64,000 nucleotides of DNA. Source: Elusimicrobiota bacterium. GTDB taxonomy: Bacteria; Elusimicrobiota; Elusimicrobia; UBA1565; UBA9628. The stretch spans positions 72,325-136,324 of the forward strand of contig JAHFCE010000006.1 of the NCBI GenBank assembly GCA_023249675.1. Direction: 5' to 3'. Shown here piece after piece: positions 17,735 to 27,113 of the stretch. The translations under genes were made by a program, and so were the position numbers. The notes beneath the pieces are model-generated. The model did not search any database and was not told the origin of the DNA. It saw only the letters and a list, made by a program, of their open reading frames with translations. Each line of letters begins with the position of its first letter. Positions within the stretch are counted from its first letter, which is position 1.

Positions 17735-19933
17735 ATGAGCCACGCCGCGAAAATCGAAGGCGCCGCAGCGCCCCTGACGACCTACGTCCCCGACAACACC
17801 AAGATCCCCGAGTTTACGATCCAGGCCGTCATCCTGGGCTTCGTGCTCTCCATCGTCTTCAACGCGGCCAACGCCTACCTGGGCCTCAAGATCGGCTTGA
17901 CGATCTCGGCCTCGATCCCATCCGCGATCATCTCGATGGGCGTGCTGCGCATGGTCCTGCCTCGCCTCATCGGCCGCACCGGCACGGTCCTGGAAAACAT
18001 GGTCGTCCACTCGATCGCCTCGAACGGTGAGTCATTGGCGGCCGCGGTGATCTTCACGGTGCCCGCGTTGTTTTTCATGGGCCGCGAGGTCACGAACACG
18101 GAAGTCTTCCTGCTCGGAACGGCGGGCGGCGTGCTCGGCATGCTCATGATGATCCCCCTGCGCCACGCGCTCGTCGTCACCGAGCACGACAACCTGCCCT
18201 TTCCGGAAGGCACCGCCTGCGCCAAGGTCCTGATCGCGGGCGACAAGGGAGGTGCGAGCGCTGCACCCGTTTTCCTCGGCATTCTCTCCGGCGGCCTGTA
18301 CAAGTTCGCAATGTCGGGCCTGAATCTTTTCAAAGACGTCCTGTTCTGGTCCTCGCCCAAGTATCATCAAGCCGGTTTCGGCTACGAAGTCTCGCCTTTG
18401 CTCGTCGGCGTGGGCTACCTCGTCGGCCTGCGCATCGCGGCCGTCATGCTCGCCGGCGGCCTGCTCGGCTTCTGGGTCCTTATTCCGCTGATCCACGCCC
18501 TCGGCGGACACAATATCGTAGCGCCCGGAACCGTGCCGATCGATGAGATGAGCACGATGGCGCTGCGCGCCAACTACGTCAAGTACATCGGCGCCGGCGG
18601 CGTGGCCTTCGGCGGCCTCGTCAGCCTCCTTAAATCCCTGCCCGACATCGCGGGCTCGCTCAAGTCGAGCCTCGCGATGCTCGCAAAAGCCGCGGAGTCC
18701 AAACGCCTGGGCGGCCATGGGGAGAAGGACCGCGAGCATAAGGCCGTCGTATTCGGAGGCGCGGCGCTCGGCTTCCTCGTGGGCGCATTTGTCGGCGAGG
18801 CCGAGTTCTCCGTGACGCGCTTCGTCCTTCAGCTCGTGGTCGGCGGCGGCCTCGGCGCGCTTGCGGGCGGAACGCTGTTCCACTTCCTGTCGCACGCAGC
18901 GGCGAAGTACTCGAAAGCCTTCAAGCGTTCCGAACACGACCTGCCGCTGCCAGCGGTGGGCCTTGGCATCCTGTCCATGTTCCTGATGGTTTGGCTGACA
19001 CCGTCGTTCGGCCTCTCGTTCTGGGAGTCCGTCGCGGTCGTGGGATTCTGCTTTTTCTTCGTCGCAGTCTCAGCCCGCATGGTCGGCCTGATCGGCACGA
19101 CGAACCAGCCGGTCTCGGGCATGACGATCACGGCCCTCCTGGCTCTGACCATGCTCTTTCAGTTCCTCGGCCACAGCCCGGAGGGCATTAAGACCGCCGC
19201 GATCATGGGCGGGGCCATCGTCTGCATCGCCATCTCCCTGTCGGGAGATTTATCTCAAGACATGAAGACCGCCGTCCTCATCGGCGCGACGCCGTGGAAG
19301 ATCCAGTTGACCCACATCATGGGCACGCTCGTCTCCGCGGTGCGCTCGGGCTTCATTCTGCTGATCCTTTATAAGGCCTACGGCTTCGGGGCGCCGACGG
19401 CGGCGCATCCCCACGCGCTTGAGGCGCCGCAGGCCCAGCTGATGGCCAAACTCGTCGAGGGCGCGACCGGCGGCCAGCTGCCCTGGACGCTCCTGCTCAC
19501 TGGAGCGGGCATCGGCCTTGTGATGGAGCTATGCGGGCTCTCCGCGCTCGCCTTCGCGATCGGCCTGTACCTGCCGATCACGAACTGGCCGATGATCTTC
19601 CTGGGCGGCCTGCTCGCATGGTTCATCGCCAAGCGGCGCGGCGGCCAAAGCGAGGACGACCCCGGCTCGCTGTTCAGCTCGGGCCTCATCGCCGGCGAGG
19701 CGCTGATGGGCATCGGGCTTGCGGTGATCACCGTGATCATGAACACCTACGGCGGGCCTGAGAATCCGGCGGGAACTCTGCACTCGGTCGCCGACATGCT
19801 CGGCGGGCTGTCTCTACGCGTTCTGCCCGATGACAGCACGCTCAATGAGTCCGTGCTCGCGACCGCACTCTGCATGGGTGTCGTCTACATCTTGTGGCGC
19901 CAGGCGACCGCAAAGAAAAAGGCTCATGCGTAA
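17735..19933 (+). CDS. OPT-family oligopeptide transporter (proton-coupled, about 16 TM)
   Basis: 733 aa. N-terminal OPT-family block EFTIQAVILGFVLSIVFNAANAYLGLKIGLTISASIPSAIIS, with many TM helices throughout. Strong RBS GGAGGGGG 6 nt upstream of the ATG. Confidence 0.85.
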   Translation: MSHAAKIEGAAAPLTTYVPDNTKIPEFTIQAVILGFVLSIVFNAANAYLGLKIGLTISASIPSAIISMGVLRMVLPRLIGRTGTVLENMVVHSIASNGESLAAAVIFTVPALFFMGREVTNTEVFLLGTAGGVLGMLMMIPLRHALVVTEHDNLPFPEGTACAKVLIAGDKGGASAAPVFLGILSGGLYKFAMSGLNLFKDVLFWSSPKYHQAGFGYEVSPLLVGVGYLVGLRIAAVMLAGGLLGFWVLIPLIHALGGHNIVAPGTVPIDEMSTMALRANYVKYIGAGGVAFGGLVSLLKSLPDIAGSLKSSLAMLAKAAESKRLGGHGEKDREHKAVVFGGAALGFLVGAFVGEAEFSVTRFVLQLVVGGGLGALAGGTLFHFLSHAAAKYSKAFKRSEHDLPLPAVGLGILSMFLMVWLTPSFGLSFWESVAVVGFCFFFVAVSARMVGLIGTTNQPVSGMTITALLALTMLFQFLGHSPEGIKTAAIMGGAIVCIAISLSGDLSQDMKTAVLIGATPWKIQLTHIMGTLVSAVRSGFILLILYKAYGFGAPTAAHPHALEAPQAQLMAKLVEGATGGQLPWTLLLTGAGIGLVMELCGLSALAFAIGLYLPITNWPMIFLGGLLAWFIAKRRGGQSEDDPGSLFSSGLIAGEALMGIGLAVITVIMNTYGGPENPAGTLHSVADMLGGLSLRVLPDDSTLNESVLATALCMGVVYILWRQATAKKKAHA

Positions 19934-21653
19934 GCTCTTCGCCGCCACGGCGGCCGCGGCGGTCCTGGCGGCCCCCATCCGCGCGTCAAGCGACCCCGCG
20001 ACCCTCGACTACGCCCTCGCCGCCGATGTGGACACTCTCGATCCGCACTGGGGCTACGACGCTGTCTCGCTGTTCATCGTCGACCAGGTCTATGAGACCT
20101 TGATCGGCTTCAAGGGGGAATCCCTCGACGACTACGAGCCCCGCCTGGCGACCGTCGTCCCCTCGCTCGAAAACGGCTTCCTGTCGAAGGACGGTCTCAC
20201 CTACGCCTTCCCGCTGCGCCTGGGCGCGAAGTTCCACGATGGGTCGGCCCTATCGGCCGAAGACGTGAAGTACTCTCTCATGCGCTTCCTGCTGCTCGAC
20301 CGGGACGGCGGGCCGTCGAATCTTCTCCTCTACGGGCTGCTCGGCGTGCGCAAGACCGACGCTCTGCCTCCCGATCAGATTTTCGATCGAGCCGACAAAG
20401 CCGTCTCCATTGAAGGCGGCGCCTTGGTCCTGCGCCTGAAGAAACCCTTCGCGCCGCTCCTGGGCATCCTCGCCAACTTCGCCCATGTCGTGTCCAAGGG
20501 CTACGTGGAGGCCAACGGCGGCTGGGACGGACGCAAGGACAGCTGGGTCAAGCACCGCAACCCATCGAAAGAAGCCTCGTCTTTGTATGCTCGCGCCAAC
20601 GGCACCGGCCCGTTCCAGCTCGAGTCCTGGGACCGGGACAGGAAGAAAATAATTCTTGTCCGCAATGACTCGTACTGGCGCAAGCCGGCGGCGCTCTCCC
20701 GCGTCAACCTGACGATCATCGCGGACTCGCGCGAGCGGCGCCGCCGTCTCGCGGCGGGGGAGCTCGATGCCGCGTTCGTCGAGCGGCGCTACTTGGATCA
20801 GTTCGAGGGCCTGCCCGGCGTGGTCGCAACCGACGGCCTGCCCGCGCTCGAAGCGCAGAACACGTTCCTGTTCAACTTCAACATTGCGGCAAAGGACAAC
20901 GCCTGGCTCGGCACCGGCAAGCTCGGTGACGGCGTGCCCCCGGACTTCTTCGCCGACGAAGACGTGCGCAAGGCCTTCGCGTTCGCCTTCGACTACGACG
21001 CTTTCATAAAAGAAGGCTACCGCAGCAAGGCCGTCCAGGCGCATGGGCCGATCCCGGCGGCACTGTTCGGCTACAACCCGAAGCAGAAACCGTGGCCCTT
21101 CTCACCCTACCAAGCGGAAGCCGCGTTCAAGCGCGCCAAAAACGGCGACGTGTGGAGGCAGGGCTTCGCCCTGTCGATGCCGTATACCGAGGGCAACGCC
21201 GAGCGCCGCGTCGCCTGCCGCCTGATGAAGGAGGGCGTCGAAAAGCTCAATGCGAAGTTCCACGTCGACTGCCGGGCGCTTGCCGAGTCGCGCCTCCTCG
21301 ATGAGTTCCGCGCCCGGCGCCTGCCCGCGTTCGTCTACCGCTGGATTCTCGACTATCCGGATCCGCACAACGCCGTCGAGCCGTTTCTGCATTCTCACGG
21401 CTACTTCGCGTCCATGCTCGGCTACAGCAACCCGAGAGCCGACGCGATGATCGAGCAGGCTGCGGCCGAGGTCGATCCGGCCAAGAGGAAGGCGCTCTAC
21501 TACGAGCTGCAGGCACTCGCGATCTATGACGCGCCCGCGGTCTTCACGGCGGACAGCTGCAACATCGTCGTGCGCCGCGCGAAAGTACAAGGCTGGCTGT
21601 ATCACCCGATTAAACCCTACGGAAACCTGTACGAGGTCACTAAAATCCCATGA
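19926..21653 (+). CDS. ABC transporter substrate-binding protein, family 5 (peptide/nickel), paralog 1
   Basis: Signal peptide, then SBP_bac_5 features (DP..W...D....V.E.L, a GLTY..P.R.G.KFHDG block). About 35-40% identical by eye to the next two genes. Confidence 0.85.
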   Translation: MRKLFAATAAAAVLAAPIRASSDPATLDYALAADVDTLDPHWGYDAVSLFIVDQVYETLIGFKGESLDDYEPRLATVVPSLENGFLSKDGLTYAFPLRLGAKFHDGSALSAEDVKYSLMRFLLLDRDGGPSNLLLYGLLGVRKTDALPPDQIFDRADKAVSIEGGALVLRLKKPFAPLLGILANFAHVVSKGYVEANGGWDGRKDSWVKHRNPSKEASSLYARANGTGPFQLESWDRDRKKIILVRNDSYWRKPAALSRVNLTIIADSRERRRRLAAGELDAAFVERRYLDQFEGLPGVVATDGLPALEAQNTFLFNFNIAAKDNAWLGTGKLGDGVPPDFFADEDVRKAFAFAFDYDAFIKEGYRSKAVQAHGPIPAALFGYNPKQKPWPFSPYQAEAAFKRAKNGDVWRQGFALSMPYTEGNAERRVACRLMKEGVEKLNAKFHVDCRALAESRLLDEFRARRLPAFVYRWILDYPDPHNAVEPFLHSHGYFASMLGYSNPRADAMIEQAAAEVDPAKRKALYYELQALAIYDAPAVFTADSCNIVVRRAKVQGWLYHPIKPYGNLYEVTKIP

Positions 21654-23416
21654 GAACTCTCCGCGCCGCCCTATCCTGCGTTCTGGCTCTCACGCCCGCG
21701 GCGTTCGCCGCGGAAACGATCAAGAATCCCGACACGTTCGTGTACGCCACGATCGGCGATCCCGACAGCCTCGACCCCATCTGGTCGTACGACACGGCAA
21801 GCCACAACATCATCGCCAACATCTATGAGTTCCTGCTCGCGTACAAAGGCAGCGGCTTATCGGTGAAGGACCTGGTGCCGATGATCGCCGGGAAAGTGCC
21901 GTCGAAGGCGAACGGCCTCGTGTCCGCGGACGGCCTGACCTACCGCTTTCCGATCCGCAAGGGCGTTAAATTTCATGATGGAACGATCCTGACGCCCGAG
22001 GACGCGCGCTACTCCATTCTGCGCTTCCTGCTGGTGGATCGCGACGGCGGGCCCGCCTCGCTGCTGCTCGAGCCGATTTTGGGCGTCAACAGCACGCGCA
22101 AGAACGGCAAGTTCGACCCGGAAATCGGAGGTCGCGCGTTTGCGGCCGTGACGGTCGACAAGGGTGACCTCGTGATCAAGCTCGCCCGGCCCTTCGCGCC
22201 GTTCCTGACGATCCTGGCGAACTTCGGCGCGATGACATCGAAGGACTTCTGCGTGAAGAACGGTCAGTGGGACGGGCAGGCCGCGACGCTCGAGGCCTTC
22301 AACAACCCCCGGCGCGAAGCGATGATCCCCAATGAGAAGGCCGACGGCACCGGCGCCTTCAAACTTGAGCGCTTGGACAAGGCGAACAAGCAGGTGATCC
22401 TCCTGCGCCACGAGGGCTACTGGCGCGCACCCGCGAAGCTGCGCCAAGTCGTCATCAAGGTCGTCGACGACTTCAACACGCGCAAGCTCATGCTCCAGGC
22501 CGGCGACGCCGACGCGGTGTACGGGCCACAAATGTACTTCCCGCAGCTGCAGGGCGTGCCGGGCGCGGAAGTCATCGATGGCCTGCAGAACCTCGAGCGC
22601 TCGTCGATTCTGATGTTCACGTTCAAGATGAACCCGACCGCGAACCAGAATATCGGCTCCGGAAAACTCGACGGGCAGGGCGTGCCTCCCGACTTCTTTT
22701 CCGACAAGGACGTACGCAAGGCGTTCGCGTACAGCGTGGACTACGACTCGTACATCAGGGACATCCTCAGGGGGAAGGGTCGCCGGACGTCCGGCGTGAT
22801 CCCCGCGTCCCTGCCCGGCGGCTCGGAGCCGCGGCCCCAGTTCAAACTCGATCCAAAGAAGGCGGAGGAGCACTTCCGCAAGGCCTGGGGAGGCCAAGTC
22901 TGGGAAAAGGGGTTCAAGGTTTCCTTCGTGTTCAACGCGGGCTCGGCCCCATCGCAGACGATCGCGCAGATGATCAAGAAAAATATCGAAGCGCTGAACC
23001 CGAAGTTTCGTGTGGACCTGCGCATGATCCAGTGGTCCACATACCTTGAGCAGACGCAGGCCAACAAGATTCCAGTGTTCCTCGCCGCGTGGCAGGCAGA
23101 CTATCCCGATGCCCACAATTTCGCGTTTCCGATCGTCCATTCCGAAGGCTACTACGCGGGCAAGCAAGGCTACAAGAACCCGAAGGTGGATGCGCTGATC
23201 GACGAAGCTTCACGGACGCAGGATGAACGCACCCGCTCATCCCTCTACAAACGAATGCAATCTCTCGTTGATGAGGACGTGCCGCATGTGATGCTCGCCG
23301 AAGGCGTGCGCTACCGCGCGCAGAGGACCTGGGTGAAGGGCTTCGTCTTCCGGCCGACGTTTCCGGACATGCCCTACGGCGGGTACTATTACGACCTATA
23401 TAAGGCCGTAAAATGA
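21650..23416 (+). CDS. ABC transporter substrate-binding protein, family 5, paralog 2
   Basis: Signal peptide MRTLRAALSCVLALTPAAFA, with the same conserved blocks as paralogs 1 and 3 (KGVKFHDGT, RFLLVDRDGGPASLLLEP). Confidence 0.88.
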   Translation: MRTLRAALSCVLALTPAAFAAETIKNPDTFVYATIGDPDSLDPIWSYDTASHNIIANIYEFLLAYKGSGLSVKDLVPMIAGKVPSKANGLVSADGLTYRFPIRKGVKFHDGTILTPEDARYSILRFLLVDRDGGPASLLLEPILGVNSTRKNGKFDPEIGGRAFAAVTVDKGDLVIKLARPFAPFLTILANFGAMTSKDFCVKNGQWDGQAATLEAFNNPRREAMIPNEKADGTGAFKLERLDKANKQVILLRHEGYWRAPAKLRQVVIKVVDDFNTRKLMLQAGDADAVYGPQMYFPQLQGVPGAEVIDGLQNLERSSILMFTFKMNPTANQNIGSGKLDGQGVPPDFFSDKDVRKAFAYSVDYDSYIRDILRGKGRRTSGVIPASLPGGSEPRPQFKLDPKKAEEHFRKAWGGQVWEKGFKVSFVFNAGSAPSQTIAQMIKKNIEALNPKFRVDLRMIQWSTYLEQTQANKIPVFLAAWQADYPDAHNFAFPIVHSEGYYAGKQGYKNPKVDALIDEASRTQDERTRSSLYKRMQSLVDEDVPHVMLAEGVRYRAQRTWVKGFVFRPTFPDMPYGGYYYDLYKAVK

Positions 23417-25194
23417 GTGCTAGAATACGGCCCATGCTCAGACCGATCCTCGTCGTCGCGCTTGCCCTCGGGGCCCTTTCCTCAACGGCGCTCGCCGCTC
23501 TCCCGGTCAAGAACCCGGACGCCTACACCTACCTCACGATCTCCGACGCCGACAGCCTCGATCCGGCCTATTCGTACGACACGGCCTCGCACATGGTGAT
23601 CTTAAACGTGTACGAACCCCTGTTCCAGTTCGATCGGGGCTCGACCGAGAAACTGATCCCGCTGATCGCCGAGAAGGTGCCAAGCCGCGAGAACGGCCTG
23701 ATCTCCGCGGACGGCCGGACGTACACGATTCCGGTCCGCAAGGGCGTCAAGTTCCACGACGGCACGCCGATGACGGTTGAGGACGTGAAGTGGTCTTTGC
23801 TGCGCTTCCTGCTTCTGGACCGCGCCGCGGGCCCCTCCTCGCTGCTGCTCGAGCCGCTGCTCGGCTACGCCTCCACGCGCGGCGAGGACGGCAAGATCCT
23901 GCCCAACGTCTGGCAGGATGCGAATAAGGCGGTCAGCACGCAGGGCGACAAGCTCATTGTCCGCTTGCCGCGGCCCTATGCCCCTATACTGACTATCCTC
24001 GCATCTTGGTCACCTGTGCTCTCTAAATCCTGGGCTGTTAAAAACGGGGATTGGGACGGCACCGAGGCGACGTGGCAGAAGTACAACAATCCGAGCAAGG
24101 AGACCTCGCCCTTCTTCGAGCGCGCCAACGGCACGGGCCCATTCAAGCTCGAGCGCTGGGACCGCAAGACGAAGGAATTCATCCTGACGCGCAACGACCA
24201 ATATTGGCGCGCGCCGGCGAAGATCAAGAACGTGGTCATCAAGGGCGTCAACGAGTTCGGCACGCGCAAGCTGATGCTCCAAGCCGGCGACGCGGACGCG
24301 ATCTACGCCGACCGCCCGCTGCTCACCCAACTCCAGGGCATCCCCGGCGTGGCGATCATCGACGACCTGCCGACGCTTGAGATGAACCCGGTCGTGTTCT
24401 TCACATACCGGATCAACGCGATCGGCAACTCCTTCCTGGGAAGCGGCCAGCTCGACGGCAACGGCATCCCGGCGGACTTCTTCTCCGACAAGGACGTGCG
24501 CAAGGCTTTCGCCTACTCGTTCGACTACAAGGGCTTCATCAACGACGTGATGCGCGGCAAAGGCACGCAGGCGACGGGCGCGATCCCGAAAAGCCTGCCC
24601 GGCCACAACCCGAACGGACGCAAGTACGCTCTCGACAAGAAGAAGGCCGAGGAGCACTTCCGCAAAGCCTGGGGCGGCAAGCTCTGGGAGCAGGGTTTTA
24701 AGTTCACGATGACCTTCAACTCCGGCAACCTGCCGCGCCAGACTGTGTGCCAAATTCTGAAGCGCAACATCGAGGGCTTAAACCCGAAGTTCAAGATCGA
24801 CGTGCGCGCGGTGGAATGGCCGACCTTCCTCGATGCCTACAAGTCGTCGAAGCTCCCGATCTTCGTGATGGGCTGGAACGCGGACTACCCCGACCCGCAC
24901 AACTTCGCGTTTCCGCTCCTGCACTCGAAGGGAGACTACCCCACGACGCAGAAATTCAAGAACCCGGAGTTCGACCGCCTTGTTGAGGAGGGCAACGCGC
25001 AGACCAACCTCGCCAAGCGCAAGACGATTTACGCGAAGCTCCAAGACCTCGCGTTCGAGGAGGCGCCGCAGCTGTACATCGTCGACGCGGTGCGCTACCG
25101 CACGCAGCGGGATTGGGTGAAGGGCTGGTTCCACAATCCGATCTTCCCCGATTCACCGTACGGCAGCTACTTCTACACGATCTCCAAGGAATAG
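23413..25194 (+). CDS. ABC transporter substrate-binding protein, family 5, paralog 3
   Basis: Signal peptide, with KGVKFHDGTPMT and RFLLLDRAAGPSSLLLEP blocks. Closest to paralog 2. Confidence 0.88.
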   Translation: MSARIRPMLRPILVVALALGALSSTALAALPVKNPDAYTYLTISDADSLDPAYSYDTASHMVILNVYEPLFQFDRGSTEKLIPLIAEKVPSRENGLISADGRTYTIPVRKGVKFHDGTPMTVEDVKWSLLRFLLLDRAAGPSSLLLEPLLGYASTRGEDGKILPNVWQDANKAVSTQGDKLIVRLPRPYAPILTILASWSPVLSKSWAVKNGDWDGTEATWQKYNNPSKETSPFFERANGTGPFKLERWDRKTKEFILTRNDQYWRAPAKIKNVVIKGVNEFGTRKLMLQAGDADAIYADRPLLTQLQGIPGVAIIDDLPTLEMNPVVFFTYRINAIGNSFLGSGQLDGNGIPADFFSDKDVRKAFAYSFDYKGFINDVMRGKGTQATGAIPKSLPGHNPNGRKYALDKKKAEEHFRKAWGGKLWEQGFKFTMTFNSGNLPRQTVCQILKRNIEGLNPKFKIDVRAVEWPTFLDAYKSSKLPIFVMGWNADYPDPHNFAFPLLHSKGDYPTTQKFKNPEFDRLVEEGNAQTNLAKRKTIYAKLQDLAFEEAPQLYIVDAVRYRTQRDWVKGWFHNPIFPDSPYGSYFYTISKE

Positions 25195-25195
25195 C

Positions 25196-26224
25196 ATGCT
25201 GAAGTTCTGCCTGAAGCGCCTCGCCTTCCTGCCGCTCGTGATGTTCGGCGTGACCTTCCTGCTGTTCTTCTGCCTGCAGTTCCTGTCGCCCGAGATGCGC
25301 GCGTCGCTCTACATCAAGGATCCGCGCCAGCTCTCCCAGCTCGAGGCGGTGATCGAGAAGTACGGCCTGCGCAAACCCATGCCCGTGCAATACGCGATCT
25401 GGCTCAAGCAGGTCGTGCGCGGCGACCTCGGCTACTCCGAGACGGCAAAGATGCCGGTGGCTGAGGCGATCCGGGCGTTCTTCCCGGCGACATTCGAGCT
25501 GACCTTGCTCACGTTCTTTCCGATCCTGATCGTCGGCGTCTTCTTCGGCGTGCTGTCGGCCGTTTACAAGGACCGCCTGGTCGATCACATCACGCGCTTC
25601 GTCGCGATCACCGGCTACTCCCTGCCGAGTTTCGTCCTGGGCCTCGTGCTCCTGATGGTGTTCTATGGGCGCCTGCACTGGTTTCCGCCCGGACGCTACA
25701 CGCTCGAGACGGACATGCTCGTGCACCTGGACTCCTTCCGACACTACACGGGCCTGCTCACGCTCGACTGCCTGCTCAACCGCGAGGGCGGGGCATTCGT
25801 CGACGTGGTCAAGCACATGATCCTGCCCGCCTGCACCTTGCTCTACATCTCGGTCGCACTCCTGCTGCGCATCACGCGTTCCTCCATGCTCGAGGAGCTG
25901 TCGAAGGACTATGTCCGTACCGCGCGCGCCAAAGGCCTGCCGGAGCGCGTCGTCATCCGCAAACACGCGCTCGCCAACGCGCTGATTCCGGTCGTCACGC
26001 TCTCAAGCCTCCTGTTCATCGGCCTGCTCGGCGGCGTGGTCATCACCGAGACTGTCTTCGACTTTCCGGGGATCGGCCGCTGGGGCGTGCAGGCCGCGCA
26101 GCAGCTCGATGTGCCCGGCGTGCTGGGCTCAACGATGCTCGCCGCGTTCCTGTTCGTGATGGCCAACCTGATTTCGGACATGCTCTACGCCGTCGTCGAT
26201 CCCCGCATCCGGGTGGGCGGCTGA
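25196..26224 (+). CDS. ABC transporter permease (OppB/DppB type)
   Basis: Six-TM BPD_transp_1 permease with an EAA-like loop (MLEELSKDYVRTARAKGLPER...). Confidence 0.88.
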   Translation: MLKFCLKRLAFLPLVMFGVTFLLFFCLQFLSPEMRASLYIKDPRQLSQLEAVIEKYGLRKPMPVQYAIWLKQVVRGDLGYSETAKMPVAEAIRAFFPATFELTLLTFFPILIVGVFFGVLSAVYKDRLVDHITRFVAITGYSLPSFVLGLVLLMVFYGRLHWFPPGRYTLETDMLVHLDSFRHYTGLLTLDCLLNREGGAFVDVVKHMILPACTLLYISVALLLRITRSSMLEELSKDYVRTARAKGLPERVVIRKHALANALIPVVTLSSLLFIGLLGGVVITETVFDFPGIGRWGVQAAQQLDVPGVLGSTMLAAFLFVMANLISDMLYAVVDPRIRVGG

Positions 26225-26225
26225 G

Positions 26226-27107
26226 ATGCCGCGCCTGAAGCGCGCGTGGAAGACGGTCAAACGGCGTCCGATGTCCTTGCTCGGCGTAGCTCTCATCGGA
26301 TTCTTCCTCGCGGTTGCAGTCCTCGCCCCCGTCCTGGCCCCGCCCGAAGCCGGCACGCGCGACGCGTATATCATCCCGCAAACCGGCTACAGTCCGGACC
26401 CGGTGCGCCCATCGAAGGAGCACCGGTTCGGCACCACCGAGCAGCAGTACGACCTCTACTACGGCATGGTCTGGGGCACGCGCACGGCCTTCAAGGTCGC
26501 TCTCAAAGTCGTCGGCTTCTCCGTGATCATCGGCGTGCTCCTGGGAGGCGCGGCCGGCTTCTACGGCGGCTGGGTGGACGAGTGCCTCATGCGCTTCACC
26601 GACGTCGTGCTCGCTTTCCCGGACCTCGTGTTGGCCGTCGTGATCGTCGCGATCATGGGGCCGAGCCTCGAGCACGTGATGTACTCCGTGATGGCCGTGT
26701 CCTGGCCGTCTTACGCCCGCCTCATGCGCGGCGACGTGATGTCCGTCAAGGAGAGGGACTTCGTCGCCGCCGCGCGCGCTCTCGGCGCTTCGGATGCGCG
26801 CATCCTGTTCCGGCACATCATCCCGAACTCGATCTATCCGGTGCTCGTCGTCGCGTCATTGTCCACGGGCTCGGTTGTGATCACAGCGGCCGCACTGTCC
26901 TTCCTCGGCCTCGGCGCGCCGGTCGGCTACGCGGACTGGGGCCAATTGATTTCTCTTTCTAGGAACTGGATCCTGGGGTCGTCGGGAAATCCTTTCGAAT
27001 ACTGGCACACCGTCTTCATCCCGGGCATCGCGATCTTCCTGTTCGTGCTCGGCTGGAACCTCCTCGGCGACGCCGTCCGCGACATCCTAGATCCGCGCCA
27101 GAAATAA
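26226..27107 (+). CDS. ABC transporter permease (OppC/DppC type)
   Basis: OppC-like permease with the typical conserved loop VKERDFVAAARALGASDARILFRHIIPN. Confidence 0.88.
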   Translation: MPRLKRAWKTVKRRPMSLLGVALIGFFLAVAVLAPVLAPPEAGTRDAYIIPQTGYSPDPVRPSKEHRFGTTEQQYDLYYGMVWGTRTAFKVALKVVGFSVIIGVLLGGAAGFYGGWVDECLMRFTDVVLAFPDLVLAVVIVAIMGPSLEHVMYSVMAVSWPSYARLMRGDVMSVKERDFVAAARALGASDARILFRHIIPNSIYPVLVVASLSTGSVVITAAALSFLGLGAPVGYADWGQLISLSRNWILGSSGNPFEYWHTVFIPGIAIFLFVLGWNLLGDAVRDILDPRQK

Positions 27108-27113
27108 CGCGCC

